The notes under the pieces were generated by a model that saw only the letters and a program-made list of their open reading frames with translations, made no database searches and was not told where the DNA came from. The translations under genes were made by a program, and so were the position numbers. From Candidatus Kapaibacterium sp. (lineage in GTDB: Bacteria > Bacteroidota > Ignavibacteria > Kapaibacteriales > UBA2268), in the NCBI GenBank assembly GCA_963665665.1, contig OY762428.1:352001-416000 (forward strand): 64,000 nucleotides of DNA. Direction: 5' to 3'. Shown here one piece after another: positions 11,101 through 19,262 of the stretch. The first letter of the stretch is position 1. Each line of letters starts with the position of its first letter.

Positions 11101-11809
11101 TCCGCTGCCTGACGTTCAACTTTCATCTCTTGAGAGATGTTTGAATGACGCACCTGTTACATTAACTCAGGGAACTCCCGAGGGTGGAACTTACGATGGC
11201 CCGGGCATAACCGGTAACAACTTCGATCCGGCTGCAGCTGGTGTAGGAACTCATACCGTTACTTATACCTACACAGATGAAAACGGATGTACCGGAACAG
11301 CAGAAGCAACGTTTACTGTTCATCCGGTACCTGATAAACCGACAATAACAATCGAGGAAGATATTGCTACTTCCAGCGCAGACGAAGGGAATCAGTGGTA
11401 TAAAGATGGCTCCATGATCAGCGGGGCTACTGATAAAACACTGAAACTTACCGAAGAAGGTACCTACAGCGTGGTAGTAACTAACGAGTTTGGTTGCGAA
11501 TCGGAAGCATCAGACGGATTGTTCTTCGATCCTACAGGTGTTGAAGACCTTGCAAAGCATGGTATCAATATATTCCCGAACCCGACCGACGGACAGTTGA
11601 GAATTGAATTTGTTTCAGAAATACCGCAAAGGATAGAACTCAGGCTTACCAACCTGGTTGGAAATCTGATGCTTGAAAACGGATTTGATAATTTCAGCGG
11701 AAAATTCGTTCACAATCTTGATCTTCAGGACTACCGAAGCGGAGTTTATATTCTTGAACTTAGGATTGGTTCCAAAGTTTATCACCAGAAGATTGTTCTG
11801 AACAGGTAA
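5153..11809 (+). CDS. Giant T9SS-secreted adhesin-like protein: choice-of-anchor L domain + about 19 PKD/Ig-like repeats + T9SS CTD
   Basis: Signal peptide; FRYVFASEEY...FNDVFGFFVSGPG...EFDGYT...KLAVADAGD..YDSGVFL (choice-of-anchor L); repeated P.P.I.G...C...Y.W.V.GG.I...V.W...G.G...GC units; C-terminal IFPNP...SGVYILEL...KIV. Confidence 0.85.
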   Translation: MKMKKFLLLFLVSALLIFSNSAYADILEVDGYTYDPDELVEDVLLGGGISVTSVTFFGLDNSWLYPSVGTFDGEGTDIGLDEGIFLSSGFVSNASMTNTYPNMTGEIYTDGDDDLDILIDPYVTMDKTILEFEFVPIFETVEFRYVFASEEYREWVCSQFNDVFGFFVSGPGIDGEDGFENDAINIAIVPNTTDVEVAINSVNDGCHDTEDGTDPICPSVCTPSNTMYFNCNVPESCDLDGETVEFDGYTDVFTARITNLEPCETYRIKLAVADAGDRLYDSGVFLEAGSFTSVGEYGGTEVTVCSGEDIQIGPDEVSGLTYTWTDPNGYLSSTSAANPVVNITNTSGEPVDYTFPLEISDCISTTFTVTVNPEPTPDITGDEEVCPNSEGVEYYIDAISDASYTWTVAGNISIASGTSSSTATMNFTSAGSATITVAVTNADGCVGEDTFEVTINEDPPDPTVYGYYQCEEETVTYTPVYGDDSAYDYEWSVTGGTIVGDNTNAQFTIAWGTVPGDYEISVLVTDKETGCEATYEYPVSLNYKPTAEFTGDISVCAGGQTSYSATDVIDDGGEGGYESEMFYSWSVTGGTIVVQTLDGEHILVEWPTTGGSATVSLIQTSYDVGVMCTNETEQVITIVELSPEIYCGDDETDCSACANEEGQIFYTDADEDLTYEWSISGGTIVSNLMPYQIEVDWGDVSPGSISLTVTEIESGCTGTAVMEVTLNENPDPIIMGDWEACEDGTGSQFLVINPEEGDTYSWTVDSPGTIVGSATSSSISVDWDGAGSGYVTCEVTNSSGCTATEEFEFYVYPNPDPEITGDNSVCAGESMVEYSCPLVVRRYYDWSVTGGTIVGSSTGNSITVDWGDAGSGTVSVIATERHMEGLLECTGTDELTVTINPLPEPVIAGNADVCDNATGEIYETTNNTGSSFIWFIHGNGSITNGEYTNRVTVNLSVGSATLTVYETDVNGCENSDDFVVTTHEYPEPSIIGTNALCEGSRSSQYYTEYDSDNTYSWTVVGGTMTAGSDPARILVDWAGSGTGSVEVTETTPYGCESTDFMTIELYANPEPEITGTETLCELSEGEMYSTPATEGSTFSWTVSGGTIVGSATGNSITVNWGDAGSGVVQVTETSADGCVGMDAMGITLYPNPEPSISGSIETCQNGETLSYSTPSVSGHEYSWSITGGSFVGVSNTSSVSVIWGSPGTGTLMVTETTEYGCEETDEIQVTILENPEPVISGLDEICEYESSVVYTVAVDNSGREFTYLWEVTGGTIAGLNTGPGVTVNWGGAGTGTVKVTETSQYGCVGEYEMSVTILRSPTPAISGKINVCDGEEAVAYQTNAVTGDTYAWTVSGGTIVSGQGTNTILVNWGTAGAGNVSITQTSQDGCVGEDDLDVMVNPNPEPMITGTTGLCEGDEGLVYQTENIAGYDYEWSVSGGTLVSGQGTNSITVDWGGVGTGMVEVLVTSEYGCEGSDELYVDIYPYPTPEIMGETEVCARETGAVYYTYENSPDNNYLWTVTGGNISTGQGTSRIVVTWGEAGTGTVSLVESNDYGCSSSDELDVTIHPLPDVYIEGETIVCADEEAEYRTNVERGTTVLWSVSGGTIIGNNSGITCNVKWGSAGTGTVTLTRTNSETGCSNSNEITVTVYPIPQPRISGDQVVCGKSRVTYTANNEPGTSNEWLVLRGEIIGENDGNSILVEWDALGSGLVRLTRTSPEGCSNSDEIEVTINRMPQAQITGDTDPCSGEIATYETSNTPGADYQWSVTGGTIVGPDDEYMVDVEWGNPGSGVVYLTKTSAEGCEDSRSRQVDIKASPSANITGEIIVCVGQTTTYDSFIENGSGITSKWTLSGGGTIDGPDDRSAVDINWTTVGTYKVQVTKTNQWGCSETSDIEVSVVNGPEPEINGTTSVCLGDDEIYSTPDVANMTNEWTVEGATLQSGNTGNSIDVLFDQVGNVTITVKQTNTLNGCEGIAEIEIIVNPLPDVQLSSLERCLNDAPVTLTQGTPEGGTYDGPGITGNNFDPAAAGVGTHTVTYTYTDENGCTGTAEATFTVHPVPDKPTITIEEDIATSSADEGNQWYKDGSMISGATDKTLKLTEEGTYSVVVTNEFGCESEASDGLFFDPTGVEDLAKHGINIFPNPTDGQLRIEFVSEIPQRIELRLTNLVGNLMLENGFDNFSGKFVHNLDLQDYRSGVYILELRIGSKVYHQKIVLNR

Positions 11810-11837
11810 ACTGAAATATATTTTATTTGAAATTTCT

Positions 11838-11865
11838 TGTAGGGGCAATAAAAATTGTCCCTACA
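11838..11865. repeat. GTAG-type REP-like palindrome, possibly also the terminator of the adhesin gene
   Basis: TGTAGGGGCAAT-AAAA-ATTGTCCCTACA, 12-bp stem with one G-T pair. Confidence 0.55.
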
Positions 11866-11915
11866 TGTTTTTAAAGTAAAATTATGATTGTCTTCAATTT
11901 TTATGAAAGGTAATA

Positions 11916-12698
11916 ATGGAATATTCAACTTTAATATTTGAGAAAAAAGAAAATTACGCGATAGTAATCTTAAACCGTCCTGATAAATTGAACGCTCTTA
12001 ACACCAAACTATTTAACGAACTGAATGATGTTGTGGAAAAAGTGGAACTTGACAGAGATATCCGGGCTTTGATCCTGACCGGTACAGGGGAAAAGGCATT
12101 TGCTGCAGGTGCTGATATAAAAGAATTACATGAATCAGATGACCGCTCCGGAAAACTATTCTCCGAGCACGGATCTAAAGTAATGGCAAGATTAGAACAG
12201 CTACGGATTCCGGTTATTGCCGCCGTAAACGGTTTTGCTCTTGGAGGTGGATGTGAACTTGCAATGTCCTGCCATATACGCTTTGCTTCAGAAAAAGCTA
12301 AAATGGGCCAGCCTGAAGTTAATCTTGGTATAATTCCCGGTTATGGGGGAACTCAAAGACTTCCCAGGCTTGTTGGGATGCCCAAAGCGATTGAACTTAT
12401 TATTTCTGGCGATATGGTTGATGCGCAGGAAGCAAAAAATATCGGATTGGTTAACCAGGTTTTCCAGCATGATGAGCTGATGCCAAAAACAATTGAATTT
12501 GTTCAAAAAGTTTTGACAAAAGGCCCATTATCTGTTTCGGCAGCTATTGAAACTATTCAGGCATCAGGAAGTTTATCATTATATGAAGGCCTTGCCTTTG
12601 AATCAAAAGTTTTTGGAGCTACATGCGGTACTGATGATTTCAAAGAAGGAACTCTTGCATTCCTCGAAAAACGTAAGGCTGAATTCAAAGGGAATTAA
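11916..12698 (+). CDS. crt: Enoyl-CoA hydratase (crotonase)
   Basis: LNRPDKLNAL, AFAAGADIKE, AVNGFALGGGCELA, GQPEVNLGIIPGYGGTQRLPRLVG. Confidence 0.85.
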   Translation: MEYSTLIFEKKENYAIVILNRPDKLNALNTKLFNELNDVVEKVELDRDIRALILTGTGEKAFAAGADIKELHESDDRSGKLFSEHGSKVMARLEQLRIPVIAAVNGFALGGGCELAMSCHIRFASEKAKMGQPEVNLGIIPGYGGTQRLPRLVGMPKAIELIISGDMVDAQEAKNIGLVNQVFQHDELMPKTIEFVQKVLTKGPLSVSAAIETIQASGSLSLYEGLAFESKVFGATCGTDDFKEGTLAFLEKRKAEFKGN

Positions 12699-12738
12699 CA
12701 ATTATTCAGAATTCCTTGTTTAAGCCTCATTTTTTCCT

Positions 12739-12794
12739 TATATTTGTATATGCGAAGTGTTTGAAATTATTTATTTTCTGCGCTTCGCATTTTT
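12739..12794 (+). promoter_or_regulatory. TATATTTG promoter box followed by a hairpin + T-tract in the ablA leader
   Basis: TATATTTG at 12739-12746; ATGCGAAGTG (12750-12759) pairs with CGCTTCGCAT (12781-12790), followed by TTTT. Confidence 0.45.
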
Positions 12795-12820
12795 AGTATG
12801 TACCAGAATACGGCAGGCAA

Positions 12821-14140
12821 ATGTTTGATAATCAAACGATTACAGCAAAAGAAAAACGCATTGCAACCCATATTGAGACAAAAGACTTTGATAGAAACTG
12901 GAGAGACTGGAAGTGGCAGATAAAAAACTCAATAAGAGATATCTCTACTTTTGAAAAATTAACCGGAATACGGTTTCCTCCGAAACAGAGAAATGAAATT
13001 GAAAAAACCCTTGACAAATTTCCTCTTTCAATTACACCTTACTACTTATCATTAATCGACTTTGAAAATTACGAGCTGGATCCTGTTTTCAGGCAGTCCT
13101 TCCCGGTACCGGATGAATTGAAGAACAGTGATTATGATATGGCAGATCCTCTTGCAGAAGACAAAGATTCTCCGGTAGCAAATATTACACACAGATATCC
13201 TGACAGAGTACTTTTCACAGTAAGTAACACATGCTCTATGTATTGCAGGCATTGTACACGAAAAAGAAAAGTAGGAGATAAAGATTTTATTCCTGTAAGA
13301 AATGAAATTAAGGATGGTATTGATTATATAAGGGATCATCCGGAAGTAAGGGACGTTCTTCTTTCCGGGGGCGACCCACTGATGCTTTCTGACGAATATC
13401 TTGACTGGCTTCTTGGCGAAATTTCAGCAATTAAACATGTTGAGCTTATCAGAATAGGTACACGCATGCCGGTTGTTCTGCCTTACAGGATAACAGATAA
13501 ACTGGTAAATATTATTAAGAAGCATCATCCGGTTTGGGTTAATACTCATTTTAACCACCCAAGAGAAATTACTGCTTCTTCAAAATTCGCACTCAGGAAA
13601 CTTGCTGATGCGGGAATTCCTCTCGGAAACCAGACGGTTCTGCTTTCCGGCGTAAATGATTGTCCGAAGATTATGAAAAAACTTGTTCATAAACTTGTTC
13701 AGAACCGTGTCAGGCCTTATTATCTTTATCAATGCGATCTTTCAGAAGGTTTAACCCACTTCCGTACGCCGGTTGGAAAAGGTATTGAAATAATTGAAAA
13801 TCTTATAGGCCATACAAGCGGATTTTCCGTCCCTACTTATGTGATTGATGCTCCCGGTGGCGGTGGTAAAATTCCTGTTATGCCTAATTATCTCATATCC
13901 TGGTCAACCAATAAAGTTGTACTAAGGAATTATGAAGGCGTAATCACAACATATAAGGAACCTGATTCTTATGAGCCTGTTTTTTGCGACCGGAATTGTG
14001 ATAAATGTGAATTACCATTGAATTTATCCGAAGGCGACGAAGTTAAATCCATTGGAATTTCTCAACTTCTTTCTGATGAAGATGATACTATTTCGCTCGT
14101 CCCCTCGAGTAATGACAGGATGGAAAGAAGAAATAATTAA
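12821..14140 (+). CDS. ablA: Lysine 2,3-aminomutase (radical SAM, PLP)
   Basis: [45 protein letters not shown]-terminal CDRNCDKC; in an operon with ablB. Confidence 0.93.
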   Translation: MFDNQTITAKEKRIATHIETKDFDRNWRDWKWQIKNSIRDISTFEKLTGIRFPPKQRNEIEKTLDKFPLSITPYYLSLIDFENYELDPVFRQSFPVPDELKNSDYDMADPLAEDKDSPVANITHRYPDRVLFTVSNTCSMYCRHCTRKRKVGDKDFIPVRNEIKDGIDYIRDHPEVRDVLLSGGDPLMLSDEYLDWLLGEISAIKHVELIRIGTRMPVVLPYRITDKLVNIIKKHHPVWVNTHFNHPREITASSKFALRKLADAGIPLGNQTVLLSGVNDCPKIMKKLVHKLVQNRVRPYYLYQCDLSEGLTHFRTPVGKGIEIIENLIGHTSGFSVPTYVIDAPGGGGKIPVMPNYLISWSTNKVVLRNYEGVITTYKEPDSYEPVFCDRNCDKCELPLNLSEGDEVKSIGISQLLSDEDDTISLVPSSNDRMERRNN

Positions 14141-14142
14141 GC

Positions 14143-15564
14143 ATGTCTTTAATTGATTTTCTAATACTAATTATATATCTGACGGCTGTTTTTCTGGTAG
14201 GAGTTTACTTCTACCGGAAAAATAGTACTAACGAGGACTATTTTGTCGGGAACCGATCTATTGGTGCCTGGCATATAGGATTGTCTGTTGTTGCAACTGA
14301 TGTTGGCGGCGGATTTTCAATAGGACTGGGCGGCCTGGGTTTTGTAATGGGATTATCTGGCAGCTGGCTTTTATTTACCGGGCTTGTAGGTGCATGGATG
14401 GCGGCAGTATTAATAATTCCAATTATCAAGAAAATAGATAAAAAGAATTCCTTCATGACATTTCCTGATTTTCTCAGGCATACTTACGGGAACAGGGTAG
14501 CACTTGTTGCGGCTATCATTTCAGCCATCGGATACACAGGCTTTACCGGGGGGCAGATATCCGCAGGAGCAAAATTATCTGCATCTACTCTTTTCAGCGA
14601 TTTGCCCTTGGATATCGATCCAATGGTATTTTCCATAGTTGTGATAGCTCTTGTTATATTGATCTATACGGTATTAGGCGGTTTAAAAGCAGTTATTTAT
14701 ACTGATACAATCCAGTGGATTGTGTTAATGGCCGGGCTTTTATTTTTCGCAGTTCCTTTTACAATTATGGAAGTTGGCGGAATGGACAAGTTCATGGCCT
14801 CCCTGCCTGCTGAATTTTTTACCCTTACAAATCTGTCAATTTCAGATATACTAAACTGGTCCGTAACTATTATTCCGATCTGGTTTATAGCGATGACTCT
14901 TTATCAGAGGATATATGCTGCTCCAAATAAAAAAGAAGCACAAAAGGCATGGTTCATAGCTGGTATTTTTGAGTATCCTATTATGGCTTTTTCAGGCGTT
15001 TTCCTTGGTATGGCATCGAGAATATTCTTCGAGAATGCCGAACCTGAAACCGGATTGCCCTTGTTGCTCGGAACAGTGTTGCCGATTGGTATAAAGGGAC
15101 TGGTTATTTCTGCTTATTTTTCAGCTATTATGTCTACTGCTGACAGTTGCCTGATAGCAGCTTCCGGAACAATAACCGGGGATATAATTGGCAGGATAGG
15201 TTTCTTTAAAAAATATAATTCCAATCCTATCAAGACTTCTCAGATTATTACTCTGATAATTGGATTAACAACAATATTCATTGCCGTATCATTCGAGTCA
15301 GTTCTTGAAATTATTCTTCATTCCTATTCTGTAATGGTCTCAGGTTTGTTCTTCCCTACAATAGCCGCATATTTCTTCAGGAACAAATCAGAGAAGGCTG
15401 CTTTGGCTTCAATGATTGCCGGGGGATTATCTGTTTTAATATTAATTTTTTCAGGTGTAAAGTTGCCACTTGGCCTGGATCCGGTTTTCGGCGGGTTAGT
15501 GTTTTCTCTGGCAGCATATTTAATTGTATTGGCAATTTCTAAAAAGGTAGTAAATGATGTATGA
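14143..15564 (+). CDS. Sodium:solute symporter family protein
   Basis: Polytopic membrane protein with DYFVGNRS, YTVLGGLKAVIYTDTIQ, YQRIYAA and SAIMSTADS SSS motifs. Confidence 0.9.
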   Translation: MSLIDFLILIIYLTAVFLVGVYFYRKNSTNEDYFVGNRSIGAWHIGLSVVATDVGGGFSIGLGGLGFVMGLSGSWLLFTGLVGAWMAAVLIIPIIKKIDKKNSFMTFPDFLRHTYGNRVALVAAIISAIGYTGFTGGQISAGAKLSASTLFSDLPLDIDPMVFSIVVIALVILIYTVLGGLKAVIYTDTIQWIVLMAGLLFFAVPFTIMEVGGMDKFMASLPAEFFTLTNLSISDILNWSVTIIPIWFIAMTLYQRIYAAPNKKEAQKAWFIAGIFEYPIMAFSGVFLGMASRIFFENAEPETGLPLLLGTVLPIGIKGLVISAYFSAIMSTADSCLIAASGTITGDIIGRIGFFKKYNSNPIKTSQIITLIIGLTTIFIAVSFESVLEIILHSYSVMVSGLFFPTIAAYFFRNKSEKAALASMIAGGLSVLILIFSGVKLPLGLDPVFGGLVFSLAAYLIVLAISKKVVNDV

Positions 15565-16399
15565 TATAATAGAAAAAATTGGCAAGTCACAAATTCAGCA
15601 CGGAAAAAACAACGACAGAATTTACCTGATGAAAATTCATGAAAACGATGCTGACAGTATTATTGAAAAAGTAGAAAATAAAGCCAGCGAAAATGATTAT
15701 TCAAAAATATTTGCGAAAATTCCTGAAAGATTTGTAGAAAAGTTTATTAATAATGGATACAGTATAGAGGCGTGGGTAAAAAAATTCTATTATGGAAATG
15801 AAAACGGATATTTCCTTGCTAAATACCTAAAGGCTGATCGAAGGGTATTAGCTTCTGCTGATAAAGAAGAAATTGATACAATACTTTCCACAGCTAATGC
15901 AAAAGCCCTGCCTGAATTCGATTACAACCTTCCCGACGGTTTTTCTATGAGGCCGCTTGACAGAGTAGATGCCGATAGCCTTGCCGCGCTTTACAAAATT
16001 GTATTTGAAACATATCCTTTCCCGATTCACAATCCGGAGTTTATCCTTGAAACAATGGATTCTAACGTTGAATATTTTGGTGTTTTCAATTCGGATAATG
16101 AGCTAATCGCTGCTTCATCGGCTGAAAAATACACAGAGTACGGAAATGTGGAAATGACTGATTTCGCCACCAATCCGGAATATCTCGGCCATGGATTTGC
16201 TATTGGGCTTCTGAAGCTGATGGAAACAGAAATGAAAAAGCAAAGAATGACAAACTTATACACAATAGCCCGTTCCCATTCATTCGGAATGAATATTACT
16301 TTCTCAAAAAACGGCTATCTGTTTGCCGGCACTCTTATTAATAATACGGATATATTTGGCCGGATAGAAAGCATGAATGTCTGGTATAAGAATATCTGA
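15554..16399 (+). CDS. ablB: Beta-lysine N-acetyltransferase
   Basis: IQHGKNNDRIYLMK, VFETYPFPI, NVEMTDFAT, YTIARSHSFGMN, GTLINNT..GRIESMNVWYK. Confidence 0.92.
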   Translation: MMYDIIEKIGKSQIQHGKNNDRIYLMKIHENDADSIIEKVENKASENDYSKIFAKIPERFVEKFINNGYSIEAWVKKFYYGNENGYFLAKYLKADRRVLASADKEEIDTILSTANAKALPEFDYNLPDGFSMRPLDRVDADSLAALYKIVFETYPFPIHNPEFILETMDSNVEYFGVFNSDNELIAASSAEKYTEYGNVEMTDFATNPEYLGHGFAIGLLKLMETEMKKQRMTNLYTIARSHSFGMNITFSKNGYLFAGTLINNTDIFGRIESMNVWYKNI

Positions 16400-16426
16400 T
16401 AATTATTTTAAAAATCAGGAAAATTG

Positions 16427-16466
16427 AAAATCGTTGCGAATTTATTCCTTTGCAACGATTTTTTTT
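16427..16466 (+). terminator. Intrinsic terminator after ablB
   Basis: AAAATCGTTGC...GCAACGATTTTTTTT. Confidence 0.7.
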
Positions 16467-16559
16467 ATAGAGAATAATTGAAAATTTCATTGAAGAAATC
16501 TATATCCCCCAAAAAAATATTTTTTAATGCAACAAATTATTATTATTTTCGTTTTGCAA

Positions 16560-16575
16560 GTAAGTGATTACTCAC
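16560..16575. promoter_or_regulatory. Putative TetR operator (copy 1)
   Basis: GTAAGTGATTACTCAC, palindromic, just upstream of the tetR ATG; near-identical copy at 17147. Confidence 0.65.
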
Positions 16576-16587
16576 ATAGGTATCAAA

Positions 16588-17124
16588 ATGACAGAAAAAC
16601 AGGAAAATATTCTTAATACAGCATTGAAATTATTCGCTACAAAAGGCTATACCAATACATCAACAAGCCTTATAGCAAGGGAGGCCGGAGTATCAGAGGG
16701 ACTTATATTCAGGCACTTCGGTTCAAAGGACAAACTCCTGGACGAGCTGGTTAACCTGGGAATTTGTGATATGGAAAAGGCCATTGCGCCTTTGATTGAG
16801 GAAGTTGATCCAAATAAAATTTTATCGGACATTCTTGATTTCATACTTCACGTAGTAAGAAATGATTTAGAAAAATGGCAATTACAAATGACTTTGAAAT
16901 ATCAAAGTCCTGAAATTGCAAAGAAATATCACAGCAGTAAAGTAATTATGCAAATGAATGAAATTATTGAAAACGCTTTTAGAAAATTAAATTATCCAAA
17001 CCCGAAAGCTGAAACAAAATTATTTATGTTGATAATCGGAGCCCTGTTTACAATACTACCAAATGAAGATGAAATTGATCAGGAATCCTTCATAAACTTT
17101 ATAAAATCAAAGTATAATATTTAA
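16588..17124 (+). CDS. TetR/AcrR family transcriptional regulator
   Basis: ILNTALKLFATKGY...IAREAGVSEGLIFRHFGSKDKL HTH. ATG at 16588 preferred over the ORF-track GTG, which lies inside the operator. Confidence 0.9.
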   Translation: MTEKQENILNTALKLFATKGYTNTSTSLIAREAGVSEGLIFRHFGSKDKLLDELVNLGICDMEKAIAPLIEEVDPNKILSDILDFILHVVRNDLEKWQLQMTLKYQSPEIAKKYHSSKVIMQMNEIIENAFRKLNYPNPKAETKLFMLIIGALFTILPNEDEIDQESFINFIKSKYNI

Positions 17125-17146
17125 TTTTTTTTATAGAATTAGAAAA

Positions 17147-17161
17147 TAAGTGATTACTTAC
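17147..17161. promoter_or_regulatory. Putative TetR operator (copy 2)
   Basis: TAAGT-GATT-ACTTA(C) upstream of the SDR gene. Confidence 0.65.
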
Positions 17162-17182
17162 TTATAAAAGGAAAAAGAAAAA

Positions 17183-18085
17183 ATGAAAAAATGGAATAGC
17201 TCTCAAATATCTAATCAGGATGGAAAAACAGTAATTGTAACAGGATCAAGCAGTGGAATCGGGTTTGAGGCAGCGAGAGTCCTGGCTTCCAAAGGTGCAG
17301 AAGTAATTATTGCAGTCAGGAATCTGCAAAAAGGTGAAAATGCAGTTGCAAAGATATTGATGGAAAACCCAAAAGTAAAACCTATTCTTATGCAGCTCGA
17401 TCTGGCCAACCTGAAATCTGTAAGGGATTTCGCCGAAAAATTTAAATCTAAATATAAATACCTTGATTTACTTATTAATAATGCCGGCGTTATGGTTCCC
17501 CCCTACACAAAAACTACTGACGGTTTCGAATTGCAGTTTGGCACGAACCATCTTGGACATTTCGCCCTTACAGCACAGCTTTTTGCTCATTTGAAAGCTA
17601 CACCCGGAAGCAGAATTGTAAATGTTAGTTCTGTAGCTCATAATATGGGCAACCTTGATTTCAGTGACCTGAACTGGGAGAAAAGAAAGTATAAAAAATG
17701 GAAAGCTTATGGTGATAGTAAAATAGCTAATCTATATTTCACTCTTAATCTATCAGAAAGGTTAAGCAATAATGGTAACAACCCCATGGTAGTTTCAGCG
17801 CACCCGGGATGGACAGCCACTGAATTGATGAGAAATACAGGTTTCCTTGATTTTTTCAAATCATTGTTTGCACAATCCATCAAAATGGGTACCCTGCCAA
17901 CTCTGTACGCGGCGCTGGCTGAGGATATTAACACTGGAGACTTCATCGGACCCGATGGTTTCAGGGAAATGAAGGGCTATCCGGTTAAGGTTAAATCTAA
18001 CGATAGAGCAAAAAACAAACAAATAGCTCAAAAATTATGGAAGAAATCCGAAGAAATGACCAATATTAAATTCGATCCGGCGTGA
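17183..18085 (+). CDS. SDR family oxidoreductase (retinol dehydrogenase/WWOX-like)
   Basis: TGSSSGIG, NNAGVM, GTNHLGHF, NVSS, YGDSK, AHPG. Confidence 0.9.
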   Translation: MKKWNSSQISNQDGKTVIVTGSSSGIGFEAARVLASKGAEVIIAVRNLQKGENAVAKILMENPKVKPILMQLDLANLKSVRDFAEKFKSKYKYLDLLINNAGVMVPPYTKTTDGFELQFGTNHLGHFALTAQLFAHLKATPGSRIVNVSSVAHNMGNLDFSDLNWEKRKYKKWKAYGDSKIANLYFTLNLSERLSNNGNNPMVVSAHPGWTATELMRNTGFLDFFKSLFAQSIKMGTLPTLYAALAEDINTGDFIGPDGFREMKGYPVKVKSNDRAKNKQIAQKLWKKSEEMTNIKFDPA

Positions 18086-18122
18086 TAATAAACTATTAGA
18101 AATTATTCGAATAAAGAAAAAC

Positions 18123-19262
18123 ATGGCTTCGAAAAAAATAAGGACAATAATGAAAATAACACTTATATTAATTGCCGCCTTCGCGGCAGGAGGTTTCATG
18201 ATGACAAGCTGCTCAAGCTTTGGCAGTTCCCCCGGAATAAAAGAACTTGGAAACATAGCTGATTCGCCAAATTACGATAAAGAAAATGAAAGATTTATAA
18301 ACAGAAGGCAGGATGATATAGACAGCGCCTGGAAAGAGGTTCAGACATTTGGAATGGCTAAGGAATTTCTTTTTGGCGGTGAAGATTTGAGAACTCCGGA
18401 TGAATACCTGCCTCAGGTGAAACCGGATATACTGGAATTTACAAAGGATAATGACAAACTGAAATTTATCTGGTTCGGCCATTCCAGCCTGATGGTTAGA
18501 ATTGGAGATAAAAATATTTTACTGGATCCTGTTTTTTCTAAATATGCTTCCCCGGTATATCTCGTGAACGGAAGATTTCAGCCCCCGGCGCTGGAACTTG
18601 AAGAACTACCTGAAATTGATTATATAGTTATATCCCACGATCACTATGATCACCTGGATATGCCAACAATAAAATTTTTCAAGGATAAAAGAACAAAATT
18701 CCTTACCCCGCTTGCAGTGGGCAGCCACCTTAGAGGCTGGGGTATCGACAGCAGCAGGATTACAGAACTAAATTGGTGGCAGGATATAAAATTCGGGGAT
18801 ATTAATTTTACCTGTACACCGTCTCAACACTTTTCCGGGCGAGGCTTTAAAAGAAATCCAACACTATGGGCATCATGGGTAATAAGTAACGGCCAATACA
18901 ATATATATTTCAGCGGAGATTCAGGTTATGATACCCATTTCAAAGAAATTGGAGACAAATTGGGGCCTTTCGACGTAGCCTTTATTGAAAACGGGCAGTA
19001 CAACGAGCGCTGGAAACTTATCCACATGATCCCGGAACACAGTGCACAGGCAGCAATCGATCTTAAAGCCCGGCAGATGATGCCAATTCACTGGGGAATG
19101 TTCAACCTGGCTCTTCACAGCTGGTATCGCCCGGCAGTGGATATTCGCGAACAGGCAGATAAATTTAACATTGATCTACTTACTCCCATATGCGCTAACT
19201 TAGTGAAAATAAGTAATTCATACTACTTTGCCTTTTTCGATGTCCTTCTTTTAGGCAATTAG
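18123..19262 (+). CDS. MBL-fold metallo-hydrolase (RomA/NAPE-PLD-like lipoprotein), C-terminus replaced by IS sequence
   Basis: WFGHSS, SHDHYDHLD, QHFSGR, SGDSGY, PIHWG. The last 24 residues are read from the IS; the native tail lies at 20543-20638. Confidence 0.85.
   Translation: MASKKIRTIMKITLILIAAFAAGGFMMTSCSSFGSSPGIKELGNIADSPNYDKENERFINRRQDDIDSAWKEVQTFGMAKEFLFGGEDLRTPDEYLPQVKPDILEFTKDNDKLKFIWFGHSSLMVRIGDKNILLDPVFSKYASPVYLVNGRFQPPALELEELPEIDYIVISHDHYDHLDMPTIKFFKDKRTKFLTPLAVGSHLRGWGIDSSRITELNWWQDIKFGDINFTCTPSQHFSGRGFKRNPTLWASWVISNGQYNIYFSGDSGYDTHFKEIGDKLGPFDVAFIENGQYNERWKLIHMIPEHSAQAAIDLKARQMMPIHWGMFNLALHSWYRPAVDIREQADKFNIDLLTPICANLVKISNSYYFAFFDVLLLGN

Noticed and set aside
5426-11848. Many short ORFs overlapping the giant adhesin and other long genes
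   Set aside because: Antisense or off-frame shadows with no recognisable motifs.
11916-14140. Lysine fermentation cluster (crt next to a kamA-like gene)
   Set aside because: No kamDE, kdd, kce or kal nearby; the aminomutase is in an operon with ablB and separated from crt by a promoter box and hairpin.
19176-19186. Similarity of the IS target site (CTACTTACTCC) to the AATACTTACTT repeats of the HNH cassette
   Set aside because: Only an 8-bp AT-rich overlap, plausible by chance; no IS ends at the cassette.
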